DNA of 64,000 nt from Nanobdellota archaeon (GCA_014239585.1 JAAZYP010000001.1:111421-175420); one strand, 5' to 3'; shown: positions 39,384 through 50,459, numbered from the stretch's first letter. Numbers and translations: made by a program. Notes: a model not told the origin generated them from the letters alone.

Positions 39384-41192
39384 ATGAGTGAACAAAATTT
39401 GCCTTCAGATAATGAAAAATTGAAAAAAATGTTTAATAAATTTCAGAAAGAAGACACGTCTAAAGTACTTGATGAAATGAATGCTAAATTAGATTCAGTT
39501 CAAAAGAAAGCTGAAAAAGTTAGAGACTCATTAATTAAAAGACATAAGGATGAAATTTTAGGTACAATTTTAGTTTACAAAAAAACTAAGGAAAATAATG
39601 TTCCCAGATTATTAGTAATCTCGGATATTAAAAAGAAAAATAATAAATTAAAAATTGAACATATTTTGAAAATTGAAAAGGAAGGAAATGCATTATCGAA
39701 AAATGATTTCAAAGTATCCTCCTATTTACTGGAAGAAATTTGGGATTCTGCAGCACGCGGACAGTACGGATTACTTCAAAGCATAGTCTCGGGAAGAATA
39801 TTATATGATCGAGGAGATTGGATCAAATCACTAAAGGCAGTAGAACTTCATAAATTCAGAATGCTTAGAAAATTTGAAAAATATGTTATTTCATATGTTA
39901 TTGCGGGGTCATTAATTCGAGGTGAAGCAAATGAAAATTCAGATGTTGATGTTTCATTAATTATCGATGATACTGATGTTACTCGAACTACTTCTGCAGA
40001 ATTAAAAGCTAGATTGAGAGATATTGCGTTGAAAGAAGCAAGAGATGCAGAACGTGATGCCGGAATTAAAGGAAAGTTAAATGTTCAAGTATGGATTTTA
40101 ACTGATTATTGGATGGGGTTAAGACGTGCTGAACCGATATTTTATACAACTTTGAGAGACGGAATTTCATTATATGATCGGGGAATGTTTGCACCATGGA
40201 AATTAATGCTTAAGAAAGGTATGTTGATTCCGAGTCCAGAATCAATTCGAAGATATATTGATGACGGTAAAAAACATGTGGAACGATTTAATTATAAGTT
40301 TAAATCAATGGCCATGGAAGATTTTTTTTGGGCGTGTATTTATCCAGCTCAAGGTTTATTAATGCTTCAAGGTATTCCGCCCGGTGCACCGAGTCAAGTT
40401 GCACCTCAGATGAAAGCAAATTTAGTAAAAAAAGGCATTTTGGATATTAAATATGTTAAAATTTTTGAGAAGTTACATAAAATTCGTAAAGATTTAGAAT
40501 ATGGTAAAATAAAATCAGTTTCTCCTGAAGAAATTGTGAATATGGCAAGATCTGCACAAGCGTTTGTTGAAGCGGTAGAAAAAGCTTACAATTCTTTAGA
40601 AAAGCGTAAAGTAAAATCTAAAATTGATGAACTAAAAGATCGAACAAAAAAAGATGTTAAGTTAGTGTTGAAAGTTGCAGGGATTAAATCAAATAAGAAA
40701 AATGTGCGTTCCGCACTTCAGAGTGAACTGATAGATAAAGGTCTTGCACGATCAAAATATACTGAATTAATTGAAAAACTAGAGGGATTAGATAAAGAAT
40801 TAACTCCCTTATCCATGATGGATAGTTTAGAATATAATTTGGATACAATTAGAGATGAAACAATAAATATCATAAATTCTGAAAAAGGATTGAATAAAGA
40901 TAAACATCGTTTGACATTAAAATATGGCGCGAAAGATAAACAAAAAATCGCATCAATTTGGCTGTTAAAGAGTATGGCATTTATGATTAAAGATTTATCA
41001 AATCAACAAGCACCAGTTTACAAATATTCCTTCGACGGTACAGGTAGACTATTCGATGAACAAAAATCTTCATTAAAAGTTCTTGAAAATAAACTTGCAA
41101 CTTATTCTGGAGGAAAGGCTAGAATTACTGCAAAAACAATAAATCAATTAAAGGAAATGTTAGATAAAAATTTGCAATTATTAATTGGCTAA
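39384..41192 (+). CDS. KNTase-like nucleotidyltransferase paralog with N- and C-terminal coiled-coil extensions
   Basis: IAGSLIRGEANENSDVDVSLIIDD NTase signature at about residue 175. The core aligns with the 269-aa paralog (LRDGISLYDRGMFAP vs LRDGIAFIDRGFFEP; FWACIYPAQGLLMLQGIPPGAPSQVAPQM vs YWACIDSAHAALMSRGEVPVSPAQVADEL). Confidence 0.65.
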   Translation: MSEQNLPSDNEKLKKMFNKFQKEDTSKVLDEMNAKLDSVQKKAEKVRDSLIKRHKDEILGTILVYKKTKENNVPRLLVISDIKKKNNKLKIEHILKIEKEGNALSKNDFKVSSYLLEEIWDSAARGQYGLLQSIVSGRILYDRGDWIKSLKAVELHKFRMLRKFEKYVISYVIAGSLIRGEANENSDVDVSLIIDDTDVTRTTSAELKARLRDIALKEARDAERDAGIKGKLNVQVWILTDYWMGLRRAEPIFYTTLRDGISLYDRGMFAPWKLMLKKGMLIPSPESIRRYIDDGKKHVERFNYKFKSMAMEDFFWACIYPAQGLLMLQGIPPGAPSQVAPQMKANLVKKGILDIKYVKIFEKLHKIRKDLEYGKIKSVSPEEIVNMARSAQAFVEAVEKAYNSLEKRKVKSKIDELKDRTKKDVKLVLKVAGIKSNKKNVRSALQSELIDKGLARSKYTELIEKLEGLDKELTPLSMMDSLEYNLDTIRDETINIINSEKGLNKDKHRLTLKYGAKDKQKIASIWLLKSMAFMIKDLSNQQAPVYKYSFDGTGRLFDEQKSSLKVLENKLATYSGGKARITAKTINQLKEMLDKNLQLLIG

Positions 41193-41605
41193 AGTAATTT
41201 AATATCTTTAATATTTTGATGATATACATTAATTACTTCTTTTAATTGTTTCAAAGTAGTTTGACCGTTACCTAATAATTTTCGTCGATCATTTGGATTA
41301 GCTAATAGCATTGCTAATACTCTACGATGAATTTTTGATGAATTTAATTTAATCGGATATATAAAATTTTTAATTGTTTCATCTAAACTTTCACCTTTCT
41401 CAAATATTTTAATATCCTTTTTGAATTGGTTTCTTAAATATTTAACATTCAATGCATCTCTTCCGATAGCTTTTCTTACCAAACCTTTATCTACCAAAAA
41501 TATAATTGATTTTTTTGTAACTATACAATTAAGCGGAGATACATTAGTCTTTTCTTTAAAAAATGCCATTGTTCGAAGGGCATAATTGTCTATTGTTATT
41601 GTCAT
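41189..41605 (-). CDS. nusA: archaeal NusA-like KH-domain protein
   Basis: 138 aa with two KH-like GxxG regions, located immediately downstream of L30e and rpoA2 as in archaeal RNAP operons. Confidence 0.65.
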   Translation of the reverse strand: MTITIDNYALRTMAFFKEKTNVSPLNCIVTKKSIIFLVDKGLVRKAIGRDALNVKYLRNQFKKDIKIFEKGESLDETIKNFIYPIKLNSSKIHRRVLAMLLANPNDRRKLLGNGQTTLKQLKEVINVYHQNIKDIKLL

Positions 41606-41847
41606 TATTTTTTAATACCAATTACTGAAATTAAAAATGGTTTTCGAAGTAAAGTTCCTAACTCTTCGCTATTTTGTTTAACTTGCTCTATTTCAACTTT
41701 ACCTAATTTTTTTGTTATACTTTCTTTCATATCAGCAGGATAATTTGAAGATAAAAATACCTTCACTAATAATTTTGAATTTTTGATTATTTTAGCGGTT
41801 CCATAAAGAATTTTATCTTTATTTTTTAGTGCATCAGTTAATTTCAT
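41605..41847 (-). CDS. rpl30e: ribosomal protein L30e
   Basis: 80 aa; [26 protein letters not shown] pattern and operon position. Confidence 0.8.
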   Translation of the reverse strand: MKLTDALKNKDKILYGTAKIIKNSKLLVKVFLSSNYPADMKESITKKLGKVEIEQVKQNSEELGTLLRKPFLISVIGIKK

Positions 41848-42935
41848 TTTTTCTTAAGCTCCTTACCCATTTTTATAAATAGTTCAGGTAATCCGGTTCC
41901 GATAGGAACAGGTTGATTAATCATAACATTTTCCACAACCGAAGTAAGATTATCTACTTCACCCTTAACACTGGCTTCAATTAAGTGTGTTATTGGTACT
42001 TCGAATGCAGCTCGAGCAAGAACAGACTCTTTTTCTTTAGTGATACCGTGTCGAGTTACTCCTTTAATTGTACCGTCTCGAGTCATAATATCTGCCATTA
42101 GAGATATATGTCTTCGATCTACCAACATACCTTCTTTATCTAAGATTTCCATTGTTTCCTCAACAATAGCCTTCCTTGCAGCTTCGATGCCCAATGCATC
42201 TTCAATTTCGTAAAAATTATTTGTTTTTGTTCGAGTGAAATCAACTTCAGGAATATTTAATACTGATCTTAAATTTGAACCAAAAGTTTGAATAATAAAT
42301 TCATTTCCACTCTTATACGCCATTACGTCATCAATTCCATTAACTCCTGAAACAAATGTATCTTTTAATTTTTCTTTTAGTTTGTAAAGTTTTTTGATAT
42401 CTTTTTCCTTTTCTAAAATAGATAAACTTGATGTTTTCTTAATAACTTCGAAAGTTTTCAAAGTTTTCTTTAATTGATTATATACTGCGTCAATATCCAC
42501 CGATCTTCGGACCATTTCTTCTTTATTTAATAGAACATTAACTTCACCTTTTGCCAAATCCATTACGAATTCTTTTGCAATATCTTTCAATACAGTTTGT
42601 TTCAATCGTTGAGCAATTTGATCAGATTTAATTTTACTTTTATTGTGCGGTGATTTCAAATAAATGTGCATTGTAGGAGTTGAAGGTATTTTTCGAGCAT
42701 CTAATATTTCAATAATCCGAGGTAATCCTAATGTAACTGATAATTCTGCTCCTACGAAGTGGAACGATCTCATTGTAAGTTGAGTACCTGGTTCACCCAG
42801 AGATTGTGCAGAAATAACTCCAACAGCTTCACCTGGATCTACTTGCATTTCAGGATATCTAGTTTTAGCTAATTTATCGTTCTTAAATTTCATACCTTTC
42901 GGTAAATCTTGTTTAATCCATTTACGTTCCGCCAT
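41844..42935 (-). CDS. rpoA2: DNA-directed RNA polymerase subunit A''
   Basis: 363 aa, homolog of Rpb1 C-terminal third; operon position after A'. Confidence 0.85.
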   Translation of the reverse strand: MAERKWIKQDLPKGMKFKNDKLAKTRYPEMQVDPGEAVGVISAQSLGEPGTQLTMRSFHFVGAELSVTLGLPRIIEILDARKIPSTPTMHIYLKSPHNKSKIKSDQIAQRLKQTVLKDIAKEFVMDLAKGEVNVLLNKEEMVRRSVDIDAVYNQLKKTLKTFEVIKKTSSLSILEKEKDIKKLYKLKEKLKDTFVSGVNGIDDVMAYKSGNEFIIQTFGSNLRSVLNIPEVDFTRTKTNNFYEIEDALGIEAARKAIVEETMEILDKEGMLVDRRHISLMADIMTRDGTIKGVTRHGITKEKESVLARAAFEVPITHLIEASVKGEVDNLTSVVENVMINQPVPIGTGLPELFIKMGKELKKK

Positions 42936-45514
42936 TATTCGTTTATGATCTGTCCTCCGTCAGATTTAGCAACATCTATACCGTCGCCTCCAAATGCGAA
43001 TTGAATAATTCTTCGGCTTCCGTCTCTAACAGTTCCATCATATGCAACTCTTAAGTCTTGTAATGCATTAGTTAATCTTCTTTGTAAATATCCCGATTTA
43101 GGAGTTCTCATAGCAGTATCCATAAAGTTGTCTCTACCTGTTATCGATTCGAAGAATACTTCATGTGCATTTAATCCGTTAGCATAATTACTTGAAATAA
43201 ATCCGTGTGCATCTGGTCCTAAATCTCCCTTTTCAAAGTGAGCAATAGTTCGACCATCATAACCAAAATTAATTCGCTCTCCTCTAAGGTCTGTTTGTCC
43301 TTTAAACCCACTCATAAGGACAATATTTCGAGTTTTATCACCCGCACCAGCTTTAGCAGAATTAACTAAATGAGTAGTTTCTTTAACTTCATTATCAATT
43401 AATTCACCAAGTACCGATCGAGGATTAGATAATAATCCCTGCATTTTGGTTTCAAATGTTTCAGTCACCGTTTTACCAGGATAAGGTTCTATTTTACCAG
43501 CTTTATAATTTTTAATCAATTTTTCAGCTTTCTTATTAGTATCATCCAATAATTCGTTAATCCTTTTCTTTACTGAATCTGAAATATCAAAATCATTAAA
43601 ACTCATGGTTAATCCAACATTTTTTGCAACAGCAAGTCCTAAATGAATTACATAATTTACGAATTCTGATGCAATATCTGAACCATAATCTAAATATAAT
43701 TTATGAATTAATAGTCCACCTTCTGAACCAATTAACGAGTTATCAATCAGTCCTTGAACTAATTCACCCCCTTTAATTATAACTTTACCTTTTACAGTTT
43801 TACCGTTCTTGAATTCTTTCCCCTTTGTTTCAAAATCAAGATCTTTAGGTAATAGTAAAGAGAATATTTGACTACCTGACCATAATTCAATTTTACCATC
43901 CTTTTTTTCTGGTTTAGGCAAAGTTGTATCTAATCCGATACTTGTAATTAATTCTGAAGCTTCAGCTTTAGTAAAGAATCTATTTTTAGTTAAATAATAA
44001 CATCCTAATACGCTGTCTTCATGTGCACCAATAATACTTAATCCATATCTGGGCGTAACAATTTGATTTTGAAGCAATAATAATGTTTCAGCTTCAGCTC
44101 TGGCTTCTTCTGTTTGTGGAACGTGTAAATTCATTTCGTCTCCGTCGAAGTCTGCATTATAAGGTATAGTTACAGCAGGATTAATTCTCAAAGTTTCACC
44201 TGGAACTACTTTTACTCGATGCCCCATCATTGACATTCGATGTAACGAAGGTTGTCTATTGAATAGAACTATATCACCATCTATTAATGTTCTATCTGCC
44301 AAATAACCAGGTTCTAATTCTTCTAAAATTGATTCAACTGATTCATCAGTTATCTTTTTTCTACCACCCTCGTTAGTTGTAATATATCTAACTGCAGGAT
44401 ATCCGTTTACATTTTTAATTAATTCTGAAATCCATTTAATATTCCATTCAGTAACTCTTTCCGGAACAGTAATTTCTCTTGCAATTCTGGTTGGAACTCC
44501 AACCTCATTAATATCAATATGTGAATCTGGAGAAATAACCGATCTTGCACAGAAATTTACTCGTTTACCTGATAGATTTTGCCGGAAAATACCTTGTTTT
44601 CCCTTCAATCGTTGTGCTAATGTTTTCAATTGTCTTCGGGTTCGATGTCGTGCAGGCGGTATACCTGAGATATTATTATTAAAATAAGTTGTTACATGAT
44701 ATTGTAATAGATCCCATAAATCTTCAATGATTATTTCTGGCGCCCCAGCATTAATATTTTCTAATAATCTTTGATTAACTCTAACTACATCCGATAATTT
44801 ATGTGTTAAATCGTCTTCAGATCGTTCACCTGTTTCGAGAGTTATAGATGGTCTTACTCTGATCGGAGGTACTAATAATTCAGTTAATATCATCCATTCT
44901 GGACGAGCATGATCTGGATCAACTCCAAAAATTCTGACATCTTCATCAGGTATTTTTTCAAGACGTTCTCTAATTTCAGTTGGCCAAAGTCTTCTACTTT
45001 CGCTCTTTTTCAAACCTTCAGTATAAGTTTGAGGTTTTACAAAATTTAATTTAATACGCGGGTGTGCACAATGTGGACAAACTTTAGGTGTGGCTGCAGC
45101 TTTAATAATATCTCTTGTTACTTTCTTGTAAGTATTTGGATTTTTTTCTTGTTTAGCTAATTTTAATTTTGCTTTAAATTTCGCCTTTTTCTTTTCGTCT
45201 AATGCGATTCTTCCACATTCACTACATGTTCCTCTTAAGAAACTGTAAACGTGTGTTCGATAAAGAATATGAACAATCGGTCTAGATAATCGAATACATC
45301 CGTATCCTCCAGCACCTAATTTGAATCGTTTTATACCCATTCCTGGGTCAAGTACACCCATCTCTGGATCCATTAATCCATTTCTTACAGGATATCCGTC
45401 AGAATCATATATTTCAGGAGTTTTGACAATTACTTTACTTAATCTTTTGATATCTGAAGGATTCATTAATCCAAATTTAATACTTCCAACTTCTTTAGTT
45501 ACAAAATTTCGCAT
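42935..45514 (-). CDS. rpoA1: DNA-directed RNA polymerase subunit A'
   Basis: 859 aa; [10 protein letters not shown] catalytic Asp triad loop; zinc motifs CSECG, CPHCAH. Confidence 0.9.
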   Translation of the reverse strand: MRNFVTKEVGSIKFGLMNPSDIKRLSKVIVKTPEIYDSDGYPVRNGLMDPEMGVLDPGMGIKRFKLGAGGYGCIRLSRPIVHILYRTHVYSFLRGTCSECGRIALDEKKKAKFKAKLKLAKQEKNPNTYKKVTRDIIKAAATPKVCPHCAHPRIKLNFVKPQTYTEGLKKSESRRLWPTEIRERLEKIPDEDVRIFGVDPDHARPEWMILTELLVPPIRVRPSITLETGERSEDDLTHKLSDVVRVNQRLLENINAGAPEIIIEDLWDLLQYHVTTYFNNNISGIPPARHRTRRQLKTLAQRLKGKQGIFRQNLSGKRVNFCARSVISPDSHIDINEVGVPTRIAREITVPERVTEWNIKWISELIKNVNGYPAVRYITTNEGGRKKITDESVESILEELEPGYLADRTLIDGDIVLFNRQPSLHRMSMMGHRVKVVPGETLRINPAVTIPYNADFDGDEMNLHVPQTEEARAEAETLLLLQNQIVTPRYGLSIIGAHEDSVLGCYYLTKNRFFTKAEASELITSIGLDTTLPKPEKKDGKIELWSGSQIFSLLLPKDLDFETKGKEFKNGKTVKGKVIIKGGELVQGLIDNSLIGSEGGLLIHKLYLDYGSDIASEFVNYVIHLGLAVAKNVGLTMSFNDFDISDSVKKRINELLDDTNKKAEKLIKNYKAGKIEPYPGKTVTETFETKMQGLLSNPRSVLGELIDNEVKETTHLVNSAKAGAGDKTRNIVLMSGFKGQTDLRGERINFGYDGRTIAHFEKGDLGPDAHGFISSNYANGLNAHEVFFESITGRDNFMDTAMRTPKSGYLQRRLTNALQDLRVAYDGTVRDGSRRIIQFAFGGDGIDVAKSDGGQIINE

Positions 45515-47319
45515 TATTGAACCTCCTTAAACTTACTTTTTAATTTAACATATGGTCGAATACCCATAGATTTCAATTGTTCCAATAATAATTTAAATCC
45601 GTATGCTATTCTGACTCTAGATACATTTTCTTGCGGCTCAAGTACACTTTCAAATTTGTCTGAAACCGGATTATATTCTGCAAGATCTCCTGTTTTTTCA
45701 CCAATATATACTGAATCAATATCTGAATCAAACCTTTCTTTCAATAATAATGATGCACCGTGTGCAATTAATGTATCTTTTTCCATGTCTCCAAATCTAA
45801 GTCCACCCTCCATAGCCTTACCTGCAGTAGGTTGACGAGTTAATAGTGCAACTCGTCCTCTTGCTCTAGATTGAATCTTATCTGCAACTTGATGTTTTAA
45901 TCTTAAATAATAAATATTACCAACGAAGATTTTTGCTTCATATTCTTTCCCAGTTCGTCCATCATATAGCGTTTCAGTTCCGTTTTCTCTAAAGCCTGCT
46001 TCTTCTAATTCTTTTCGAATATCTTCAGTTTTTTCTCCAGAAAAAGGTGTTCCGTCAACATATCTTCCATTTAATGCTCCAACTTTTGCTCCAAGCGATT
46101 CGATTAGGTGAGAGACAGTCATACGTCTCATTCCAAATGGACTGAATATTACATCGGGAACCGTTCCTGAAGAACTAAAAGGCATATCTTCTGGATTTGC
46201 AAGATATCCTACAACTCCCTTTTGACCGTGTCTAGACGATACTTTATCTCCAATTGCAATAGGTCTAGTTTCTCGAACTTCAACATTAACTAATTGATTT
46301 CCATTTTGAGATTCAGTTAAAATAACTTTTGATACAATACCATTTTCTCCGAATTTAACTCGAGTAGAGGTATCTTTTCTAATATTTGCTGCAGTACTAA
46401 ATGATTCTAATTTTGATAAAAATCTAGGTGGTGAAGTTTTACCCACTAATACTTCTCCGCCAGCTACAGATGTTTCAGGATTTACTAACCCGTCGCTATC
46501 TAAATATTTGTAATCTTCTTCCAGAGTATAACCTTGCACTTCTTTATCTGGAATCATTATTCGATCAGTTTGACCTGCCGAATATCTTAATCTTTCAGTT
46601 GAATAGGGTCTAAAATGTGATACTCTACAAAGTCCTCTATCAACTGATGCTCGATTAAATACGATACCATCAGACATATTATAACCATCATAATTCAAAA
46701 TTGCAATTACTACATTTTGTCCACCAGTGATATGATCTCCAAATAAATCTTGAGTATAACTTTTAACAATCGGTTTTTGAGTATAATGAAGAACATTTAC
46801 ATTGGTGTCTAATCGATTCAAATAATTTGTTGTATATAATGAAGTTCCTTGCATTTGATTTTTTTGACCTCTAAGAAGTCTAGTAGATGGATCGTGATTT
46901 GCAAAAGGAATCATTGTGGTATTCATACCAAAAATAACTAATGGATCAACTTCCAAATGAGTATGTTTTTTTGTTAATTTATCTTCATCCATCGCGATTA
47001 AAACTGATTCCTCTTCTAATGCATCTAATTCTTCAATAATTCCTGTTTCAATTAGATTCGCCCATGATAGTTTCCCCGAATCAATATCATCAATGTGCTT
47101 TTGGGTTAATAGTGATTTTCCGTCCCGTACAATAATTAAAGGTCGTCTTAATCGATTTTTATCAAATTGCACAAAAACAATATCTTCCTTTTCACTAAAT
47201 GCAACATTTGTATTTTTTGTTAATTTTCCTTCACGTCTTGCAGAAACAATTTTTTCAATAAATTTCTTTCCGTCTTTAACGGTTCCATATAATGTTCCAT
47301 CAACAAAAATATCAGTCAT
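45514..47319 (-). CDS. rpoB1: DNA-directed RNA polymerase subunit B' (C-terminal part of split RpoB)
   Basis: 601 aa; SRHGQKGV and GGLRFGDMEKD motifs of the Rpb2 C-terminal half. Confidence 0.9.
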   Translation of the reverse strand: MTDIFVDGTLYGTVKDGKKFIEKIVSARREGKLTKNTNVAFSEKEDIVFVQFDKNRLRRPLIIVRDGKSLLTQKHIDDIDSGKLSWANLIETGIIEELDALEEESVLIAMDEDKLTKKHTHLEVDPLVIFGMNTTMIPFANHDPSTRLLRGQKNQMQGTSLYTTNYLNRLDTNVNVLHYTQKPIVKSYTQDLFGDHITGGQNVVIAILNYDGYNMSDGIVFNRASVDRGLCRVSHFRPYSTERLRYSAGQTDRIMIPDKEVQGYTLEEDYKYLDSDGLVNPETSVAGGEVLVGKTSPPRFLSKLESFSTAANIRKDTSTRVKFGENGIVSKVILTESQNGNQLVNVEVRETRPIAIGDKVSSRHGQKGVVGYLANPEDMPFSSSGTVPDVIFSPFGMRRMTVSHLIESLGAKVGALNGRYVDGTPFSGEKTEDIRKELEEAGFRENGTETLYDGRTGKEYEAKIFVGNIYYLRLKHQVADKIQSRARGRVALLTRQPTAGKAMEGGLRFGDMEKDTLIAHGASLLLKERFDSDIDSVYIGEKTGDLAEYNPVSDKFESVLEPQENVSRVRIAYGFKLLLEQLKSMGIRPYVKLKSKFKEVQ

Positions 47320-48803
47320 TTGTATTTTTCCGCCCCTAATTTATCAAGTAATTTTAAATTTTTATTATAATCTTTTTCTTCTAATTCAGTTGTAATTGTT
47401 GCCATCAGTGCTAAAGCCTTTCTAAGTCCGATGTTTTTACCCTCAGGAGACTCAATCGCACCCAATCTACCCCAATGTGTAGGATGTAATTCTCTTGCTT
47501 TGAAACTTTCTCGATTTGAATCCAATAACGAAGTAACTCTTCTTAACTGAGAAATTGCAGCAATAGGATTATCTCGTTCAAGTCTTTGTGATACTCCTTG
47601 CCTATTTCCCGTCCAATTTCCTGTAGCCATTGCTGATTTAATTTTATCGGTCATAAATTTTGCTCGAACTAACGATGCAATCGGGATAACTTTTCCTCGT
47701 CTAACTCCACGAGTAAAAATATAGATTATATCATTTTTTAATCCCTTGAAATTTGTTCTGAATAAATCTTCTAATAAATCTCCAGACATTCTAATTCGTT
47801 TATTCATATAGTGATCTTTATCATCTAACTTAATTTCCTCATTTTTCAAAAGTAAAATCTTCTTAACCATTTTAGCTAAAAATCTTGCTTTTGAAGTTCT
47901 ATCTTTTTTTGATGTTCCGATATGTGGAAGTAAAACTGTATCTAAAATTGATTCAACTTTCTGCAATTTACGTTCTTTAGGTAGTGCCAATAACATAGAT
48001 TTTGCAACTGCTTCTTTAGCTTCTCCTTCATCTTTCAATTCCATATGTTCAATTAAATTAATATATAATTCTTCAGGTAATTCTTTAAATCCAACAAAAT
48101 CTGCGATTTCTTGATCTCTAATTATTCCTAATGCTTTCATAAGAACTACAAATGGAATTTTTTGAATATTACTAAAATTAACTAAAAATAATCCTTCCTT
48201 GGTTCGATTAACTGAATGTGAAATTTTGTAAGTATCAATTGCAGAAAAAACTTTTGCAGTATGCGTTATTGGACTTTTTCCTTCTTCAATTAAAATTCGA
48301 TTTGGTGCTAAATCTTCCAATAGAACTAATGCTCTTTCAGTTCCATTAATAACAAAATATCCTCCCGGATCAAGTGGATCTTCGCCATGTTCCACCATTT
48401 CTTTTTTGGATAATGAATTTAAATAACATAATTTGGATCCAATCATAACTGGAATCTGTGCAATTTGTACTTCTGCTCTATCTCTTTCTTTTCCATCAAT
48501 AACTAACGATACTTCAAGAGCTACAGGTGCAGCATAAGTTAAATTTCTCATTCTTGCTTCATTAGGATATAGTGGTCTTTCTGACCCATCTGCCTCTAAA
48601 ATCATAGGTTTACCTACTGAAATATTACCAAATACAAATTTTACTTCTTCAGCATCAACTGGGATAACTGCAGGCATTAATTCCTTTTCAGCATCAATAA
48701 TATTTTGCATTCGCCAATCAATAAATGAATTGTATGATTCAATATTGCTCCGAACAAAACCATTCTCTTCAATGAATTTTTTTACTAATGCTCTTTTGTT
48801 CAT
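47316..48803 (-). CDS. rpoB2: DNA-directed RNA polymerase subunit B'' (N-terminal part of split RpoB)
   Basis: 495 aa, Rpb2 N-terminal domains; overlaps B' by 4 nt. Confidence 0.9.
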   Translation of the reverse strand: MNKRALVKKFIEENGFVRSNIESYNSFIDWRMQNIIDAEKELMPAVIPVDAEEVKFVFGNISVGKPMILEADGSERPLYPNEARMRNLTYAAPVALEVSLVIDGKERDRAEVQIAQIPVMIGSKLCYLNSLSKKEMVEHGEDPLDPGGYFVINGTERALVLLEDLAPNRILIEEGKSPITHTAKVFSAIDTYKISHSVNRTKEGLFLVNFSNIQKIPFVVLMKALGIIRDQEIADFVGFKELPEELYINLIEHMELKDEGEAKEAVAKSMLLALPKERKLQKVESILDTVLLPHIGTSKKDRTSKARFLAKMVKKILLLKNEEIKLDDKDHYMNKRIRMSGDLLEDLFRTNFKGLKNDIIYIFTRGVRRGKVIPIASLVRAKFMTDKIKSAMATGNWTGNRQGVSQRLERDNPIAAISQLRRVTSLLDSNRESFKARELHPTHWGRLGAIESPEGKNIGLRKALALMATITTELEEKDYNKNLKLLDKLGAEKYK

Positions 48804-49051
48804 TCTACAATTCTCCGATAATATTTATATTCTCCAGCATGCGGTGATTTCCGAATTATTTCTAAGATAGAATTTGGTTCAGCATCTAGTTTAACAATAA
48901 CTGGATCTTTGATACTAATTGAAGGTAATTGGGAACGGGAAATATTGTAAGTTTTAAGAAGTGTTTCAGTTTCATCCTCGTTTAGAATTTTTTGTTTTGG
49001 AACAAAAATGTGTTTTGAAATGTCAACAGTAATTTCTTTTTTCTTAGCCAA
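48800..49051 (-). CDS. rpoH: DNA-directed RNA polymerase subunit H (Rpb5 homolog)
   Basis: 83 aa; first gene of the rpoH-B''-B'-A'-A'' operon. Confidence 0.8.
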   Translation of the reverse strand: MAKKKEITVDISKHIFVPKQKILNEDETETLLKTYNISRSQLPSISIKDPVIVKLDAEPNSILEIIRKSPHAGEYKYYRRIVE

Positions 49052-49268
49052 ATTAGCACCCCGGAGTACGGTATTTTCTGAAAGATTATCCTTATAAACT
49101 TATCGAAAAACAATCACGCAAACCTTATTTCTTAGAAATATATGTTTCATTTAAAAACATGTCGATTAATTTAAATATTTATACAAAATTACTCCAAAAA
49201 TAAGATATTTAATCGGTTTTGTTAAAATTACAATTGTCCAAAACTTCTTACTTTTCAAAAGTCGTCTA

Positions 49269-49412
49269 TTAAACTGGTCCAATCGTCGGAGCTTGTCTTC
49301 CATGGCAATTATGATTCTGGAAGCATTCTGGACAAAAGTTTTGACCGCACGCAGAACATGTTCTTTGAATATCAGCACCAGTACATTGAGAGCAAACACC
49401 CATTACTTCCAT
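49269..49412 (-). CDS. small treble-clef zinc-finger protein (HIT/AN1-like spacing), 47 aa
   Basis: Not in the ORF track (under 60 aa). Reverse complement translates MEVMGVCSQCTGADIQRTCSACGQNFCPECFQNHNCHGRQAPTIGPV, i.e. C-x2-C-x8-C-x2-C-x4-C-x2-C-x3-H-x-C-H. The alternative 77-aa track ORF 49166..49399 in another frame has no features. Confidence 0.45.
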   Translation of the reverse strand: MEVMGVCSQCTGADIQRTCSACGQNFCPECFQNHNCHGRQAPTIGPV

Positions 49413-49434
49413 GCTCTTTTCTAAAAATTGATAC

Positions 49435-50382
49435 TTATATTACTACCGAATTAACTTTGTATATTAAATATCCCACATACATACTTAACATCAAAATTGC
49501 ACTATTTTTGCTTAATTTATGATCTTTTTGGAATAATAACAATAAAATTGCGGATGTTACAAACCAAAATGGAATATCAAAATCAATAATTGTTTTTGAA
49601 ATGGGATTGTCTACGATCATCGCGCCAATCCCCATTCCCATCATTGGATTAGTTATATTTGATCCAATTAGTACTCCGAGTGATACTTCTTTTGCTTTTT
49701 TCATTACACCCATCAATGCAGTTGTAAATTCAGGTAAACCCGTTGCAACACCAATTATTAGCAGTCCAAAAAAACTTTGTTCAATACCTAATATTTCTGA
49801 AAATTTCAACGCGCCACTAACAACAATATTCGCACTCAAACTTAATACAAAAATTCCAGATAAAAGTAAACCAATATGATGTGTAATCTTCAGTTGATTA
49901 ATTAAAGGAGTATATTTATGTTTCAATCTTTTTTCAGTTTTGTAAAGATAATATAAATACGCCAAATATAATCCTAACAAAATTGCACCCTCAATTTGGC
50001 TAATTATTCCGTTTTGACCAAATAAATACACGATTACAATTGATCCTAACATTACTAATCCGTCTCGTTTTTGGATACTTTTTGATGACTTAATTACAGA
50101 TAATAACCCTAATACTCCGATAATAAACGTTATTTGAAATATATTTGAACCAATATTTGTTCCGATAGCAATATTTGATGCTGCAATTCCGTTCAATTCG
50201 TTTAAACTAGAAATTATATGTGTAAATATTTCAGGTAAAGACGTTCCAATAGATAATACTGTTAGCCCAACAAATAGTTTTGATATTTTTAATCTATCTG
50301 CGATAATTAATGCTTGATCTACTGCAAGATGTGCTCCAAACCAAATTCCAATTAATCCAAGTAAAAAGGATAATGCTTCCAC
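49435..50382 (-). CDS. Na+/Ca2+ exchanger (CaCA family, YrbG-like)
   Basis: Two alpha-repeat signatures GTSLPE and ATGLPE in a 10-TM, 315-aa protein. Confidence 0.8.
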   Translation of the reverse strand: MEALSFLLGLIGIWFGAHLAVDQALIIADRLKISKLFVGLTVLSIGTSLPEIFTHIISSLNELNGIAASNIAIGTNIGSNIFQITFIIGVLGLLSVIKSSKSIQKRDGLVMLGSIVIVYLFGQNGIISQIEGAILLGLYLAYLYYLYKTEKRLKHKYTPLINQLKITHHIGLLLSGIFVLSLSANIVVSGALKFSEILGIEQSFFGLLIIGVATGLPEFTTALMGVMKKAKEVSLGVLIGSNITNPMMGMGIGAMIVDNPISKTIIDFDIPFWFVTSAILLLLFQKDHKLSKNSAILMLSMYVGYLIYKVNSVVI

Positions 50383-50459
50383 ATTAGATATTGATCTTTC
50401 ATTTAATAAAAAACTGCTCTAGAAAGACTTTTAAATGAAATAATTAACAAAATGATTAT

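Noticed and set aside
49166-49399. 77-aa track ORF upstream of rpoH
   Set aside because: No features; a different frame of the same DNA encodes a convincing 8-ligand zinc-finger peptide (49269..49412).
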